From: a virus | Taxonomy: Duplodnaviria > Caudoviricetes | Length of the DNA stretch: 61,095 bases | Reading direction: 5' to 3' (one strand) | Virus record (IMG/VR): IMGVR_UViG_3300046005_000771 | Location: 1 to 61,095 of that record | Shown: positions 8,728 through 17,287 of the stretch, piece after piece | Layout: every line of letters begins with the position of its first letter | How positions within the stretch are numbered: the stretch's first letter is position 1 | Position numbers and translations under genes: made by a program | Notes under the pieces: model-generated | What the model saw: the letters and a program-made list of their open reading frames with translations, nothing else | Database searches by the model: none | What the model was told of the DNA's origin: nothing

Positions 8728-10197
8728 TCAATAGTACTCGAACGCAACATCTTGTTGTTTATCCTCTTCCATTAAATCCGTTCCAAGAGAGATAAAATTA
8801 CCTGCCCTAAAACGATTCAAGGCCTGCGTCGTGCTGTCGACCATGTCGTCGTTGTCGCCATTCGGGAATGCAGCGCACTCCTCCACTAATTCCTCTGCCC
8901 AGTCCGTGTCCGGGGCCCACACCATGCCTGCCTCCAAGATAGGGGCCACAGAATGCGCACGCGATACCTTGTCCTGCCCACTGCGTCTACCTCCTGGCGA
9001 ATACATGGTCACAGGAATACCCATCCTACGCAGCTCCTGCTGAAGCGTGATCCCTGTCGCTTTGGCCTCGATCAACACATTGTCAGGCTGCCACTGGTCA
9101 TACTGGTCCTTGGCAATACGTTTTAGCTCCGGGAAGTCCCAGCGTCCGCGCGTGACGTCAAGCAAGATTATGTTAGGCCCTGAGTCTTGGTCCGGGTAGA
9201 ACACGCCCCAGGTCGTGATTACAGAGTAGTCGGCCGTCTCTTTCTTGGAGTATGCCGTATCATACGATTGGATAATATACTCTACGGGGGGTGCTTCGTC
9301 CGAGGGCCACACTTGCCACCAGTCCCTCTTCAATATAGCGCCTTCGTCGTTGGTTGGCTGTTGCTGCCACTGGGCCTGCCACTTCTGTGGGGATAAGGAT
9401 GCTTTGACCGCGAGCAACTCTTCAAGCTTCCAGAACGAGGGCCACAACGGATTGCCGCTAGGCAAGACTGCAGGGAATTCAATAATCTCCCAGCGGTCAG
9501 CATTATGGCTAGTCTGTGCCTTGACAAGCTTTGCCGTTAAGTCCTTCGTGTTCCAACGGGTCATCACAATGACAATAGCACCACCTGGCTGTAGACGCTG
9601 ACGAGGGCCGGAGGTGTACCAGTCCCAGGCGTTCTCCATGGCCAGCTCTGACAAGGCATCCTGCTCTGAGTGCGGGTCATCAATAATCAACAAATCCGCA
9701 CCACGGCCGGTCATCGCGCCGCCAACCCCAACAGCAAAGTATTCCCCGCCATGGTCCGTGTCCCACCGACCCGCGGCCTTGGAGTCCGCTCGAAGGGCCA
9801 CATTATTGAACACCTGCTTATACTCTTCCGAGTCCATCAAGTTACGGACCTTACGGCCGAACCGCACGGCAAGCTCCCCCGTGTGGGTTGCTTGAATGAT
9901 CTTGGTCCGCGGCCGACGGCCCATTATGAACGCGGGTAGCAGATAGGACGAGAACTCAGACTTGGTGTGCCTCGGAGGCATGTTAACGATCAGTCTTTTC
10001 AAGGTCCCATCTGCTAGACGGTTAAAGGCATCTGCCATTTTTGTGTGGTGCGCGCCCAAGATAGCATCGGGCCATACGTATTTGGCAAAGGACAAGAAGT
10101 CCGTTTGCGCTTTCTCCTGCGCTTCTAATTGCAATAGACGAAGCTCTAGTCTGGCCGCTTCAATCGAGGCTTGTTCAGCCGCAGAGGTGCTAAGCAT
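8728..10197 (-). CDS. terL: Terminase large subunit
   Basis: Walker A-like NMPPRHTKS, Walker B LLIIDDP, nuclease SYDTA...DYS and FPNGDNDDMVDS. Confidence 0.95.
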   Translation of the reverse strand: MLSTSAAEQASIEAARLELRLLQLEAQEKAQTDFLSFAKYVWPDAILGAHHTKMADAFNRLADGTLKRLIVNMPPRHTKSEFSSYLLPAFIMGRRPRTKIIQATHTGELAVRFGRKVRNLMDSEEYKQVFNNVALRADSKAAGRWDTDHGGEYFAVGVGGAMTGRGADLLIIDDPHSEQDALSELAMENAWDWYTSGPRQRLQPGGAIVIVMTRWNTKDLTAKLVKAQTSHNADRWEIIEFPAVLPSGNPLWPSFWKLEELLAVKASLSPQKWQAQWQQQPTNDEGAILKRDWWQVWPSDEAPPVEYIIQSYDTAYSKKETADYSVITTWGVFYPDQDSGPNIILLDVTRGRWDFPELKRIAKDQYDQWQPDNVLIEAKATGITLQQELRRMGIPVTMYSPGGRRSGQDKVSRAHSVAPILEAGMVWAPDTDWAEELVEECAAFPNGDNDDMVDSTTQALNRFRAGNFISLGTDLMEEDKQQDVAFEYY

Positions 10198-10480
10198 ATG
10201 TTTTCATTCTCTTTAATTTTTGTAAAAATTTTTCTGGCAATGGCTTTATTAAAACAAGGGGGCCTATTTGTAGGGTCATAATACCTCAATTTCGTTTGGA
10301 GTGCGAAAAACTGTGCGAAATCGGGCTAAAGCTACTGCTCCGCCGGCGGTGGGGCGTTTTTTTGGTGGGTGGGTTAGTGAGTGCTCACTTACACGCGGGC
10401 CATGGTTCTAGGGACTCTTCCCCCCTCGCGCCGGCCGCGGTCCATGGACCGGCGACCACGGACCGCGGACCATGAAAAAG

Positions 10481-10566
10481 TTATCCACAATTTGCAGCAT
10501 TTGCCACGAAAAGTTATCCACAATTCATGCACAGCGAATCCACAGGAAACGCACAGGATATCCACA
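10481..10566 (+). promoter_or_regulatory. Array of DnaA-box-like 9-mers with 11-bp phasing
   Basis: TTATCCACA at 10481 and 10514; degenerate boxes ending in CACA at 10525, 10536, 10547 and 10558. Confidence 0.75.
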
Positions 10567-10655
10567 ACCCGCCTTGTAGGGTAGGTTCAATTCCGGACCA
10601 AGGGCCGCCTAAGCGCTTAAAAAGGGCCTTGCTGGGCATGCGACTTTGCGCATTG

Positions 10656-10694
10656 GTTAGTGGTTACTAACATTTTAGGTTAGTGCCTACTAAC
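10656..10694. promoter_or_regulatory. Two GTTAGT-N4-ACTAAC palindromic operator-like sites (related site 10373-10392)
   Basis: GTTAGTggttACTAAC at 10656-10671 and GTTAGTgcctACTAAC at 10679-10694. Confidence 0.55.
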
Positions 10695-10696
10695 AT

Positions 10697-10785
10697 GCAA
10701 TGTGACCAGGCTTTTTTCCGGACACGGGCACCGGCAATCCGGACACGGACCACGGGCAATGTGACCAGGCTTTTTTCCGGACACG
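10697..10785. repeat. 30-bp direct repeat embedded among CACGG-type short repeats
   Basis: GCAATGTGACCAGGCTTTTTTCCGGACACG at 10697-10726 and 10756-10785. Confidence 0.9.
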
Positions 10786-10977
10786 CGACCGGCCGCGCGT
10801 ATCGCATAGCGGGTCACGCTCCACGGCCCACGGGCCACGCTCCGCTGGCCTAGTTTACATATAGACAGACAGCAAGGGCGGCGGCCAGCCATTGGACGGC
10901 GTAAAGGCGTGCCAGCGCTGTTTAAAGGGCATGCTGGCCGGCATTGGCCGGACTAGGTAACCGGCACGCAAAAAAGC

Positions 10978-11006
10978 TTGCAAGCTTTACTAATATAGGG
11001 TCTAAT
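10978..11006 (+). promoter_or_regulatory. Sigma70-type early promoter
   Basis: TTGCAA-N17-TCTAAT preceded by an A-tract, upstream of the first plus-strand gene. Confidence 0.65.
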
Positions 11007-11064
11007 TCTAATTAGCACGACGCGGGCGCGGCGTGCAACATACAGCAGAAAGAAAGGGCACAAC

Positions 11065-11343
11065 ATGAAAGCATATAGACACCTAGTAAAGCATGCATTG
11101 GCCGCTGGCCATACCGTTTCAGTTTATGACGGCGAAGAGTGGGCATGCAAAAAGAGCGCCAGCCATAACCAAATTATTGCGGACATCGAGAGCGTCGAAG
11201 AGGCGCAATTAATTATCCGCGACGCCGCCGGCGAAAAGCTGGGCTGGGCGCTGGTAGTGCTGGGCTTGGCCGACGACGAACTAGTCGCGGACTTTTCAGA
11301 CAACCAATTCATGGGCGACTGGTGGAACAGCTACAACCAATAA
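11065..11343 (+). CDS. Early hypothetical protein
   Basis: 92 aa, strong RBS (AGAAAGGG), first gene after the early promoter. Confidence 0.75.
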   Translation: MKAYRHLVKHALAAGHTVSVYDGEEWACKKSASHNQIIADIESVEEAQLIIRDAAGEKLGWALVVLGLADDELVADFSDNQFMGDWWNSYNQ

Positions 11344-11347
11344 ACCA

Positions 11348-11389
11348 CGGCGGCCAGCTGGTCGCCGCAACCATACAGAAAGAAAGGGG
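11348..11389 (+). repeat. Early-region leader hairpin element (related copies 11015-11036, 12274-12293, 12956-12977, 13617-13640)
   Basis: CGGCGGCCAGCTGGTCGCCG followed by CAACCATACAGAAAG and an RBS; same architecture at five intergenic sites. Confidence 0.85.
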
Positions 11390-11398
11390 CAAGACAAA

Positions 11399-12265
11399 AT
11401 GAGCAACCCAATTTATCAGACAGTAACCGACCAAATTATCGCCGAGCTAGAAAAGGGCGCGGCGCCATGGGTAAAGCCATGGCACGCGGACGCGGCCAGC
11501 GGCGCCGACCATAATATCGTGACCGGCGCGGCCTATCGCGGCGTAAACCGGTTAATTCTAGGCATGGCCAGCATGGGCAACGGCTACGCGGCCGGCCAAT
11601 GGGCGACCTATAAGCAATGGCAAGACCGCGGCGCGCAAGTGCTCAAGGGCCAAAAGGGCACGGCCATTTGCTTTTATAAGCCCGTGGCCGGCACGGTAGA
11701 CGCGGCGACCGGCGACAAAATCAACGGCTATGCCGTGCTAAAAGCCTACTCGGTTTTTAACATCGAGCAGACGGACGCCGAGCGCGCACCGGCGGCCGAG
11801 CCCGTGGCCGTGCCATTCGACGCCAGCGAGCATTGCGAGGCGGCCATAGTAAAAACCGGCGCCATTATCCGCCACGGCGGGGACGCGGCATTCTACATGC
11901 CGAGCACGGACGCCGTGCAATTGCCGCATAAAGCAAGTTTCGACAGCGCCGCGCATTATTACGCGACGGCCTTTCATGAATTGGCCCATTGGACCGGCGC
12001 TAAGCATAGGCTGGACCGCGACCACTCCGGCCGTTTTGGGAATCCGGCTTATGCCTTTGAAGAGCTGGTCGCCGAGATAGGCGCCGCCTACCTATGCGCG
12101 GATAACGGCATCGCCGGTGAGCTCCGGCACGCTGGCTATATTCAGAGCTGGCTCAAGGCATGCCGCGACGATAACACGGCCATATTCAAGGCGGCCGCGC
12201 TTGCGCAGAAAGCGGCGGATTATATCAAGGGCACGGCCGAGGCCGTCGAGGCCGAGGCGGCTTAA
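11399..12265 (+). CDS. ardC: ArdC-like ssDNA-binding anti-restriction protein (N-terminal ssDNA-binding domain plus zincin-like domain)
   Basis: IYQTVTDQIIAELEKG..PWVKPW, YRGVN, WATYKQW, HELAHWTG..RL.R, YAFEELVAEIGA, YIQSWL. Confidence 0.92.
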   Translation: MSNPIYQTVTDQIIAELEKGAAPWVKPWHADAASGADHNIVTGAAYRGVNRLILGMASMGNGYAAGQWATYKQWQDRGAQVLKGQKGTAICFYKPVAGTVDAATGDKINGYAVLKAYSVFNIEQTDAERAPAAEPVAVPFDASEHCEAAIVKTGAIIRHGGDAAFYMPSTDAVQLPHKASFDSAAHYYATAFHELAHWTGAKHRLDRDHSGRFGNPAYAFEELVAEIGAAYLCADNGIAGELRHAGYIQSWLKACRDDNTAIFKAAALAQKAADYIKGTAEAVEAEAA

Positions 12266-12318
12266 TTTAACACCGGCGGCCAGCTGGCCGCCGCAACCAT
12301 AGAAAGGGAACTAAAACC

Positions 12319-12474
12319 ATGTTTAAAATCTACTACAGCGGCGACCAAGCGCGACCAGCTAACACTTGGCCAGTTGAAACCTATACGCGGCGCATCGAGG
12401 CAGAAAGCGCCGCCATTGAACTATTAATGGCCGGCTACTATGTAAGCTGGGACGAAAGCGAGGCGACAGAATGA
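12319..12474 (+). CDS. Small early protein (51 aa, not in ORF track)
   Basis: RBS AGAAAGGGA, MFKIYYSGDQARPANTW...; stop overlaps next ATG (ATGA). Confidence 0.7.
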   Translation: MFKIYYSGDQARPANTWPVETYTRRIEAESAAIELLMAGYYVSWDESEATE

Positions 12475-12947
12475 AACAGGCAACCATAATCAAGCGCCTA
12501 CAAGCGCGAGCGCTGGCCAATTACAATAACGGCTGGGATACTTTCGTTGAATGCTACGAGGCGGCGGACTGGCTCGCATTCACGACCAACGATGACACCG
12601 GCGAGCCTATGACATGGCGCGAGGCGCTGGACATGGCCGAGCAATGCGTGAGTATATGGCGCGAGCGCGAGGCCGAGGCGGCAAGCTATAGCGAAAACTT
12701 TTTAAAGGCCGAGGCGGACGCGCTGGCGGATTTAATCACCGCGGACAATGCCAAGCTTTACGCCTTGGCCGATGACAAGCTAGTTTTCTGCGCCGATATA
12801 AGCGGCCTTAGAATAGACAGCCCGCAAGTGCTGGCAATTGAAAACGCGCTAATTGAGCTATGCGAGGCGGACGACGGCGACGACTGGAGCCCGCGCGAGC
12901 CGCTACAATTCATACCGCACGCCAGCGATTATTCACGATTTGATTAA
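12471..12947 (+). CDS. Acidic early hypothetical protein
   Basis: 158 aa, ALANYNNGWDTFVECYE motif. Confidence 0.7.
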   Translation: MKQATIIKRLQARALANYNNGWDTFVECYEAADWLAFTTNDDTGEPMTWREALDMAEQCVSIWREREAEAASYSENFLKAEADALADLITADNAKLYALADDKLVFCADISGLRIDSPQVLAIENALIELCEADDGDDWSPREPLQFIPHASDYSRFD

Positions 12948-13000
12948 TTAAACCATGGCGGCCAGCGATGGCCGCCGCAACCATAGAGAGGGATTAAACC

Positions 13001-13216
13001 ATGCAAACATACGACATCATTATCACCGACGAATGCGGCGACGAGTGCACCTATTGGACGGGATTCAAAACCGATAGGGAGGCCCGAAACGAGATGGCCA
13101 AGCTTATGGACGACCACCCCGAATGGTATGGCGCCCATGTGGAGCCAAGCCGGAAAGAGATATACCGCCAAGCATGGCAAGACCGCTACGATAACGATAC
13201 TCAAGACTTATATTAA
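13001..13216 (+). CDS. Small acidic early protein
   Basis: 71 aa, follows hairpin element and RBS. Confidence 0.7.
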   Translation: MQTYDIIITDECGDECTYWTGFKTDREARNEMAKLMDDHPEWYGAHVEPSRKEIYRQAWQDRYDNDTQDLY

Positions 13217-13233
13217 AACGGAGGCATTAAACC

Positions 13234-13593
13234 ATGAGCAATTTAGACTTATTACACGAGGCCGCGCCGCAATTTTTTGAAACTCACGAGGCCAACAAGC
13301 GGGCGCTGGCCGCGCTCGATGGCGTGCTCTTAGGCAATGGCCATGTGATTATGGTGGGCGACTTAGCTATCAAGCCCACGATGGAGCGCGAGGCCGGCGG
13401 CTGGCGACTAGTGGAGGCGACGCCGTGCAAGCTAACAGACGCGCCGCAATACAGCAAAGAATCCGCCGAGAAGATAGCGGCGGCCGTAAGCAATGGCAAC
13501 GATGAGAAAGGGCACGCCGTGCATATACGCGAGGCCCTAAGCAATGCCATAGCGGCGAGCGAGGCCATAATAATAACGCTTGCAGAGATTTAA
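13234..13593 (+). CDS. Early hypothetical protein
   Basis: 119 aa with GGAGG RBS. Confidence 0.7.
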   Translation: MSNLDLLHEAAPQFFETHEANKRALAALDGVLLGNGHVIMVGDLAIKPTMEREAGGWRLVEATPCKLTDAPQYSKESAEKIAAAVSNGNDEKGHAVHIREALSNAIAASEAIIITLAEI

Positions 13594-13669
13594 AACTTGG
13601 CATTACAATAGCAACCAGCGGCCGGCGATGGCTGGCCGCTCAATCATACAGATAGAAAGAGAGGACATC

Positions 13670-14056
13670 ATGAGCACTAGAGGACTATATACATTCAAAG
13701 ATGCAGACGGAGCCTATACCGTTTTTAAGCATTGGGATAATTATCCTAAGAGCGACAGCGGCTATGGCGCCTATCAGTTTATTAAAAACGCCTTGGCCTA
13801 TGCTTGGCAATTGCCAAGGTTCGAGGCCGACGAGTTCGCGGCTTCATTTATAGCGGCCAATAAGAAAGCCGGCGGCGGCGATTTAAGACTGCTACCCGCG
13901 GACGCAACCAATGGCGACACGCTCGGCGTGGAGTTTTGGTATACCGTCGAGGCCGACGGCCAGCGGCTTAGGGTTTTATGCCGAGACTTATTCAATGGCG
14001 TGGACTTAGAGCCGGTTTATCTATCAGCATCAATCAATCAAAGAAAGGCGGCATGA
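13670..14056 (+). CDS. Conserved phage early protein with MSTR...HWDNYP motif
   Basis: ATG 13670 after hairpin and GAGAGGA RBS; MSTRG...KHWDNYP. Confidence 0.7.
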   Translation: MSTRGLYTFKDADGAYTVFKHWDNYPKSDSGYGAYQFIKNALAYAWQLPRFEADEFAASFIAANKKAGGGDLRLLPADATNGDTLGVEFWYTVEADGQRLRVLCRDLFNGVDLEPVYLSASINQRKAA

Positions 14057-14346
14057 TCATGCGAATTTTATGTTATACAGACGCTGGCCATGGCTGGTTT
14101 AAAGTAGATAGAGCATTGCTGGAAAAGCTTGGCATTGATGGCGATATATCAACTTTCAGCTATCAACGCAAAAATAGCGTATACCTAGAAGAAGATTGCG
14201 ACGCTGGGCGCCTATTTAAGGCGCTGGACGACCGCAAAATTGCATGGACTTATATAGAAAGCCATACAGATAAAACCAGCAAAATACGCGGCTATGACCG
14301 CTATAAAAAGGGAGCCAGCCATGCAAACAATTCAATTCATGCCTAA
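14053..14346 (+). CDS. Conserved phage protein (DAGHGW...YLEEDCD motif)
   Basis: TDAGHGWFKV...ISTFSYQ...VYLEEDCDA. Confidence 0.7.
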   Translation: MIMRILCYTDAGHGWFKVDRALLEKLGIDGDISTFSYQRKNSVYLEEDCDAGRLFKALDDRKIAWTYIESHTDKTSKIRGYDRYKKGASHANNSIHA

Positions 14347-14941
14347 ACTTAGCGAGCCTAAGAAAATGCCATGCCATACCTTTAGCACGCCGGCGACGGC
14401 GTGCCATACTGGCCGCAAGCTGGCCGAGATTAAAGGGAGTGTATGCCATGGATGCTATGCCATGAAAGGCAACTACCGTTATAAGAACGTAATGGCCCAC
14501 AGGGAGCATAATTTGAACTCGCTGGGTGACTTACCCTCGTGGACCGCTGGAATGATAGCGGCCATTAAAAGCAACGATACGACCGGCTATTTCAGATGGC
14601 ACGACAGCGGCGATATTCAAAGCGAGGCCCATTTGATGGCTATCATGGACATTGCCGAGGCCATGCCGGAGGTAACATTTTGGCTACCGACGAAAGAGAA
14701 AGGCATGCTGGCCAAGGTAAACCGACAACGAGCCATGCCGGATAATTTAACCGTGCGATTAAGCATGCCAATGCTGGACATGGCGCCAGCTGGCACGTGG
14801 CCAACAACGAGCACCGTTATAACCAAGGCGGGCACCATTGACGGCGTCGAATGCAAGGCGCCAGCTAATAATGGCAAGTGCGGGACATGCCGCGCATGCT
14901 GGGATAAAGCCATTTCAAATGTAACCTACTTAAAACACTAG
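14321..14941 (+). CDS. GP88-like Cys-rich phage protein
   Basis: KMPC...C...GSVCHGCYA, FRWHDSGD, FWLPTKE, NLTVRLS, C-terminal CGTCRACW; ATG 14321 follows a GGGAG RBS. Confidence 0.7.
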   Translation: MQTIQFMPKLSEPKKMPCHTFSTPATACHTGRKLAEIKGSVCHGCYAMKGNYRYKNVMAHREHNLNSLGDLPSWTAGMIAAIKSNDTTGYFRWHDSGDIQSEAHLMAIMDIAEAMPEVTFWLPTKEKGMLAKVNRQRAMPDNLTVRLSMPMLDMAPAGTWPTTSTVITKAGTIDGVECKAPANNGKCGTCRACWDKAISNVTYLKH

Positions 14942-14957
14942 AAAGCGAGAAAGCAAA

Positions 14958-16844
14958 ATGAGAGAAAGAGAAGACTTAATCCACAAGCTTGTGGGGTATA
15001 ACCTAGAGCTATGCCAAACCGATACCAGCTTCGCCGATGGCCTAGTATGGGACTTATTAATGCATGGTTTTAAGGGATTTAAAAACATGGACGAGGCCGA
15101 GCTATTGGCCGAGCTTAAACATTGTGACTTTGACGAAAGGGATTAGACCATGACAAAAGACCAAATACTTAGCGACTTAGACCAAGCGCAACGATTGTTG
15201 TCGAACGTGTATCACTATGCGCAGAATATCAACGACGGCAATGTAGAGCAATTGATGAGCGTGGCCGACAGTTGCATTATCGATGCTATTGATGGACTAG
15301 ACAGGGAGCCGGCGCTATGAATCTACACTCAAGCATTGAATGGGCCGTAAGCCGCCTCGTGGATAATTACGAGTGGCAAGGCAATATAGACCGCGACGAA
15401 TGGCAAGAGCTACAGGAAACAATAGCGATGGCCATAATGGCCGATAGGCGCTTAGCGCAAACCGTATTGGCCGCATGCCTAGACAGCGGCATTATAGAGG
15501 AGGACTAAACCATGGCAAAATTTGAAGCATACGCAGAGTATGTGACCATATTACGGATTGAGCTGGAGGCCGATACATTGGAGCAAGCCATTGAAATTGC
15601 CGGCGATACCGATGGCGGCGAGTGGAAACCAGTTGATTTTGATGGCTGGACCGTAACCGATGTATTACCTATGCAGGAGGTAAATCATGGCTAAATACAC
15701 AATATGCCGCTATCTGATAACCACGATTGAAGTGGAGGCCGACACGCCGGAGGAGGCACTAGGGCGCGAGCAATACAGCGGAACTAAGGTAGACATTACT
15801 GACGATACTTACCCATTGGAATGGGAATGGTCCACTAATCCGGCATGGGTTATAGACGAGGACGGCGAGACCGTGCTAGAGGAGGGATACCCATGACCGA
15901 GAAAACTTTCACGATATGCCTATGGGCAATTACTTTAACGACAGCATCACTTTTAATTGGAGGTGTGATATGACTAAATACGAAGTGCAAGAGTATTGCC
16001 TTTGTGGCGGCTGGACTAATACATGGAGCGATGACGATGGACCGACTAGGTTCGACAGCGAAGAAAGCGCACGCGCGGAGCTGGACTGGTTTTTTAAAGA
16101 GATGGAAGAAGAGGTAGAGGAAGGCAACATTGAAGACTTTACCGATAGAGAAGACTTTCGAATTGTGGAGGTGCAAGATGACATTTAATGCATACAACCA
16201 TAATGGCACATGCTTAGGCACCTTTGATAATGAGAAAGACGCCTTGGCTTGTGCAAAAGAGTATCGCTATGAAACAGAAAATGCCGCGTATGTAGAGGAG
16301 GTGCTAGATGACATTTGATGAATTAAAAGCCTATGCCGCCAATTTAGGCTATGAGCTTTCAGACGACGATTGCACCGAGATTATATCCACCAGCTACGAT
16401 GGCGAGACCGTGAAAGAGGCCGTTAACGATTTTTTAGATGCATACGAAAGGTAGATAACTATGAGCTTTGATTTTGAATATAACGGCTACCTAGTAACGG
16501 CCGATGTGGACGAATGCTACGACGGCTACGGCACCGGAGACAGTCCGACGCTATACGAGGTTAAACTATTGCGAATAGTGGACGAGGAAGGCCTTGCCGT
16601 TCGTTTTAGCGAGCTGGGCAATGGATTCAGCGACAGCCTAGAAGACGAGGCCATACAAATCTATAAAGGTTATTGATGGCCAGCTATGCCAAGAGAACAC
16701 CCGCACGACCGGCGTCGTCGATTAAGACGCGAGCGAGCAACGATAGTGACCAAACCAGCAGAGCCGGAGTCGCCTATTAAAATTAGCACGATATTCCGAC
16801 TACTATCGATGTTGTTATTTGCAAATATATTTGGAGGGAAATAA
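14958..16844 (+). CDS. Cluster of about 11 tiny, mostly acidic early ORFs (14958-15146, 15150-15320, 15317-15508, 15512-15694, 15687-15896, 15893-15973, 15970-16188, 16178-16318, 16308-16454, 16461-16676, 16686-16844)
   Basis: Tightly packed or overlapping start/stop codons, mostly with GGAGG-like RBSs; several fall below the ORF-track cutoff and were translated by hand. Confidence 0.7.
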
Positions 16845-16872
16845 AGAAGGGGCGCTATGCCCCTTTTCTTTT
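16843..16872. terminator. Bidirectional intrinsic terminator between convergent early and terS operons
   Basis: AAAGAAGGGGC-GCTAT-GCCCCTTTTCTTTT. Confidence 0.8.
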
Positions 16873-17287
16873 ACTCGGTTAAAGCATGCCTAAACATATG
16901 CCATTGCACATGCGACAAGGGCCACTTAGCAGATGGGATGCATTCCACGCCACGCAACAGTAAATCCTCTGCTTGGCCACCGTCATACAGCAATAGCTCG
17001 GCCTTTAGTGCAGATGTTGTGCCGGCCGGATGATACTGCACCAAGATATAAGTGGGACAGCCTAGGCTGGCATGCTTCAGATGGAAGGCGACTTGATGGG
17101 GACTAAGCGCGACTTTTTTACCACGCTTTACCACTTTCAGTTCAACCATTACAAATCTAGTCTTGTTCAGCGCTATCAGGCAATCCGGTATCCCTAGGTT
17201 CACTCTCGATTCTATCCTCGTTATGTGCGCCTCCGGTAGATTCTCCTTCAGTCTTTTGTATAGTCCGGCTTCGGGCTTTATTGCCAT
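16871..17287 (-). CDS. VRR-NUC / Holliday junction resolvase-like PD-(D/E)XK nuclease
   Basis: RIE...GIPDCL...MVELKV...LSPHQVAFH. Confidence 0.8.
   Translation of the reverse strand: MAIKPEAGLYKRLKENLPEAHITRIESRVNLGIPDCLIALNKTRFVMVELKVVKRGKKVALSPHQVAFHLKHASLGCPTYILVQYHPAGTTSALKAELLLYDGGQAEDLLLRGVECIPSAKWPLSHVQWHMFRHALTE

Noticed and set aside
1183-10216. Numerous plus-strand ORFs antisense to head genes (and similar ones across the late region)
   Set aside because: They are shadows of long minus-strand genes, lacking RBSs and recognisable motifs.
10575-10605. GGTTCAATTCC resembling a tRNA T-loop
   Set aside because: Flanks do not form a T-stem, acceptor stem or anticodon arm.
11348-13640. 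Early-region hairpins as terminators or integron attC sites
   Set aside because: No U-tract follows them, they lack attC RYYYAAC/GTTRRRY ends, and no integrase is encoded.
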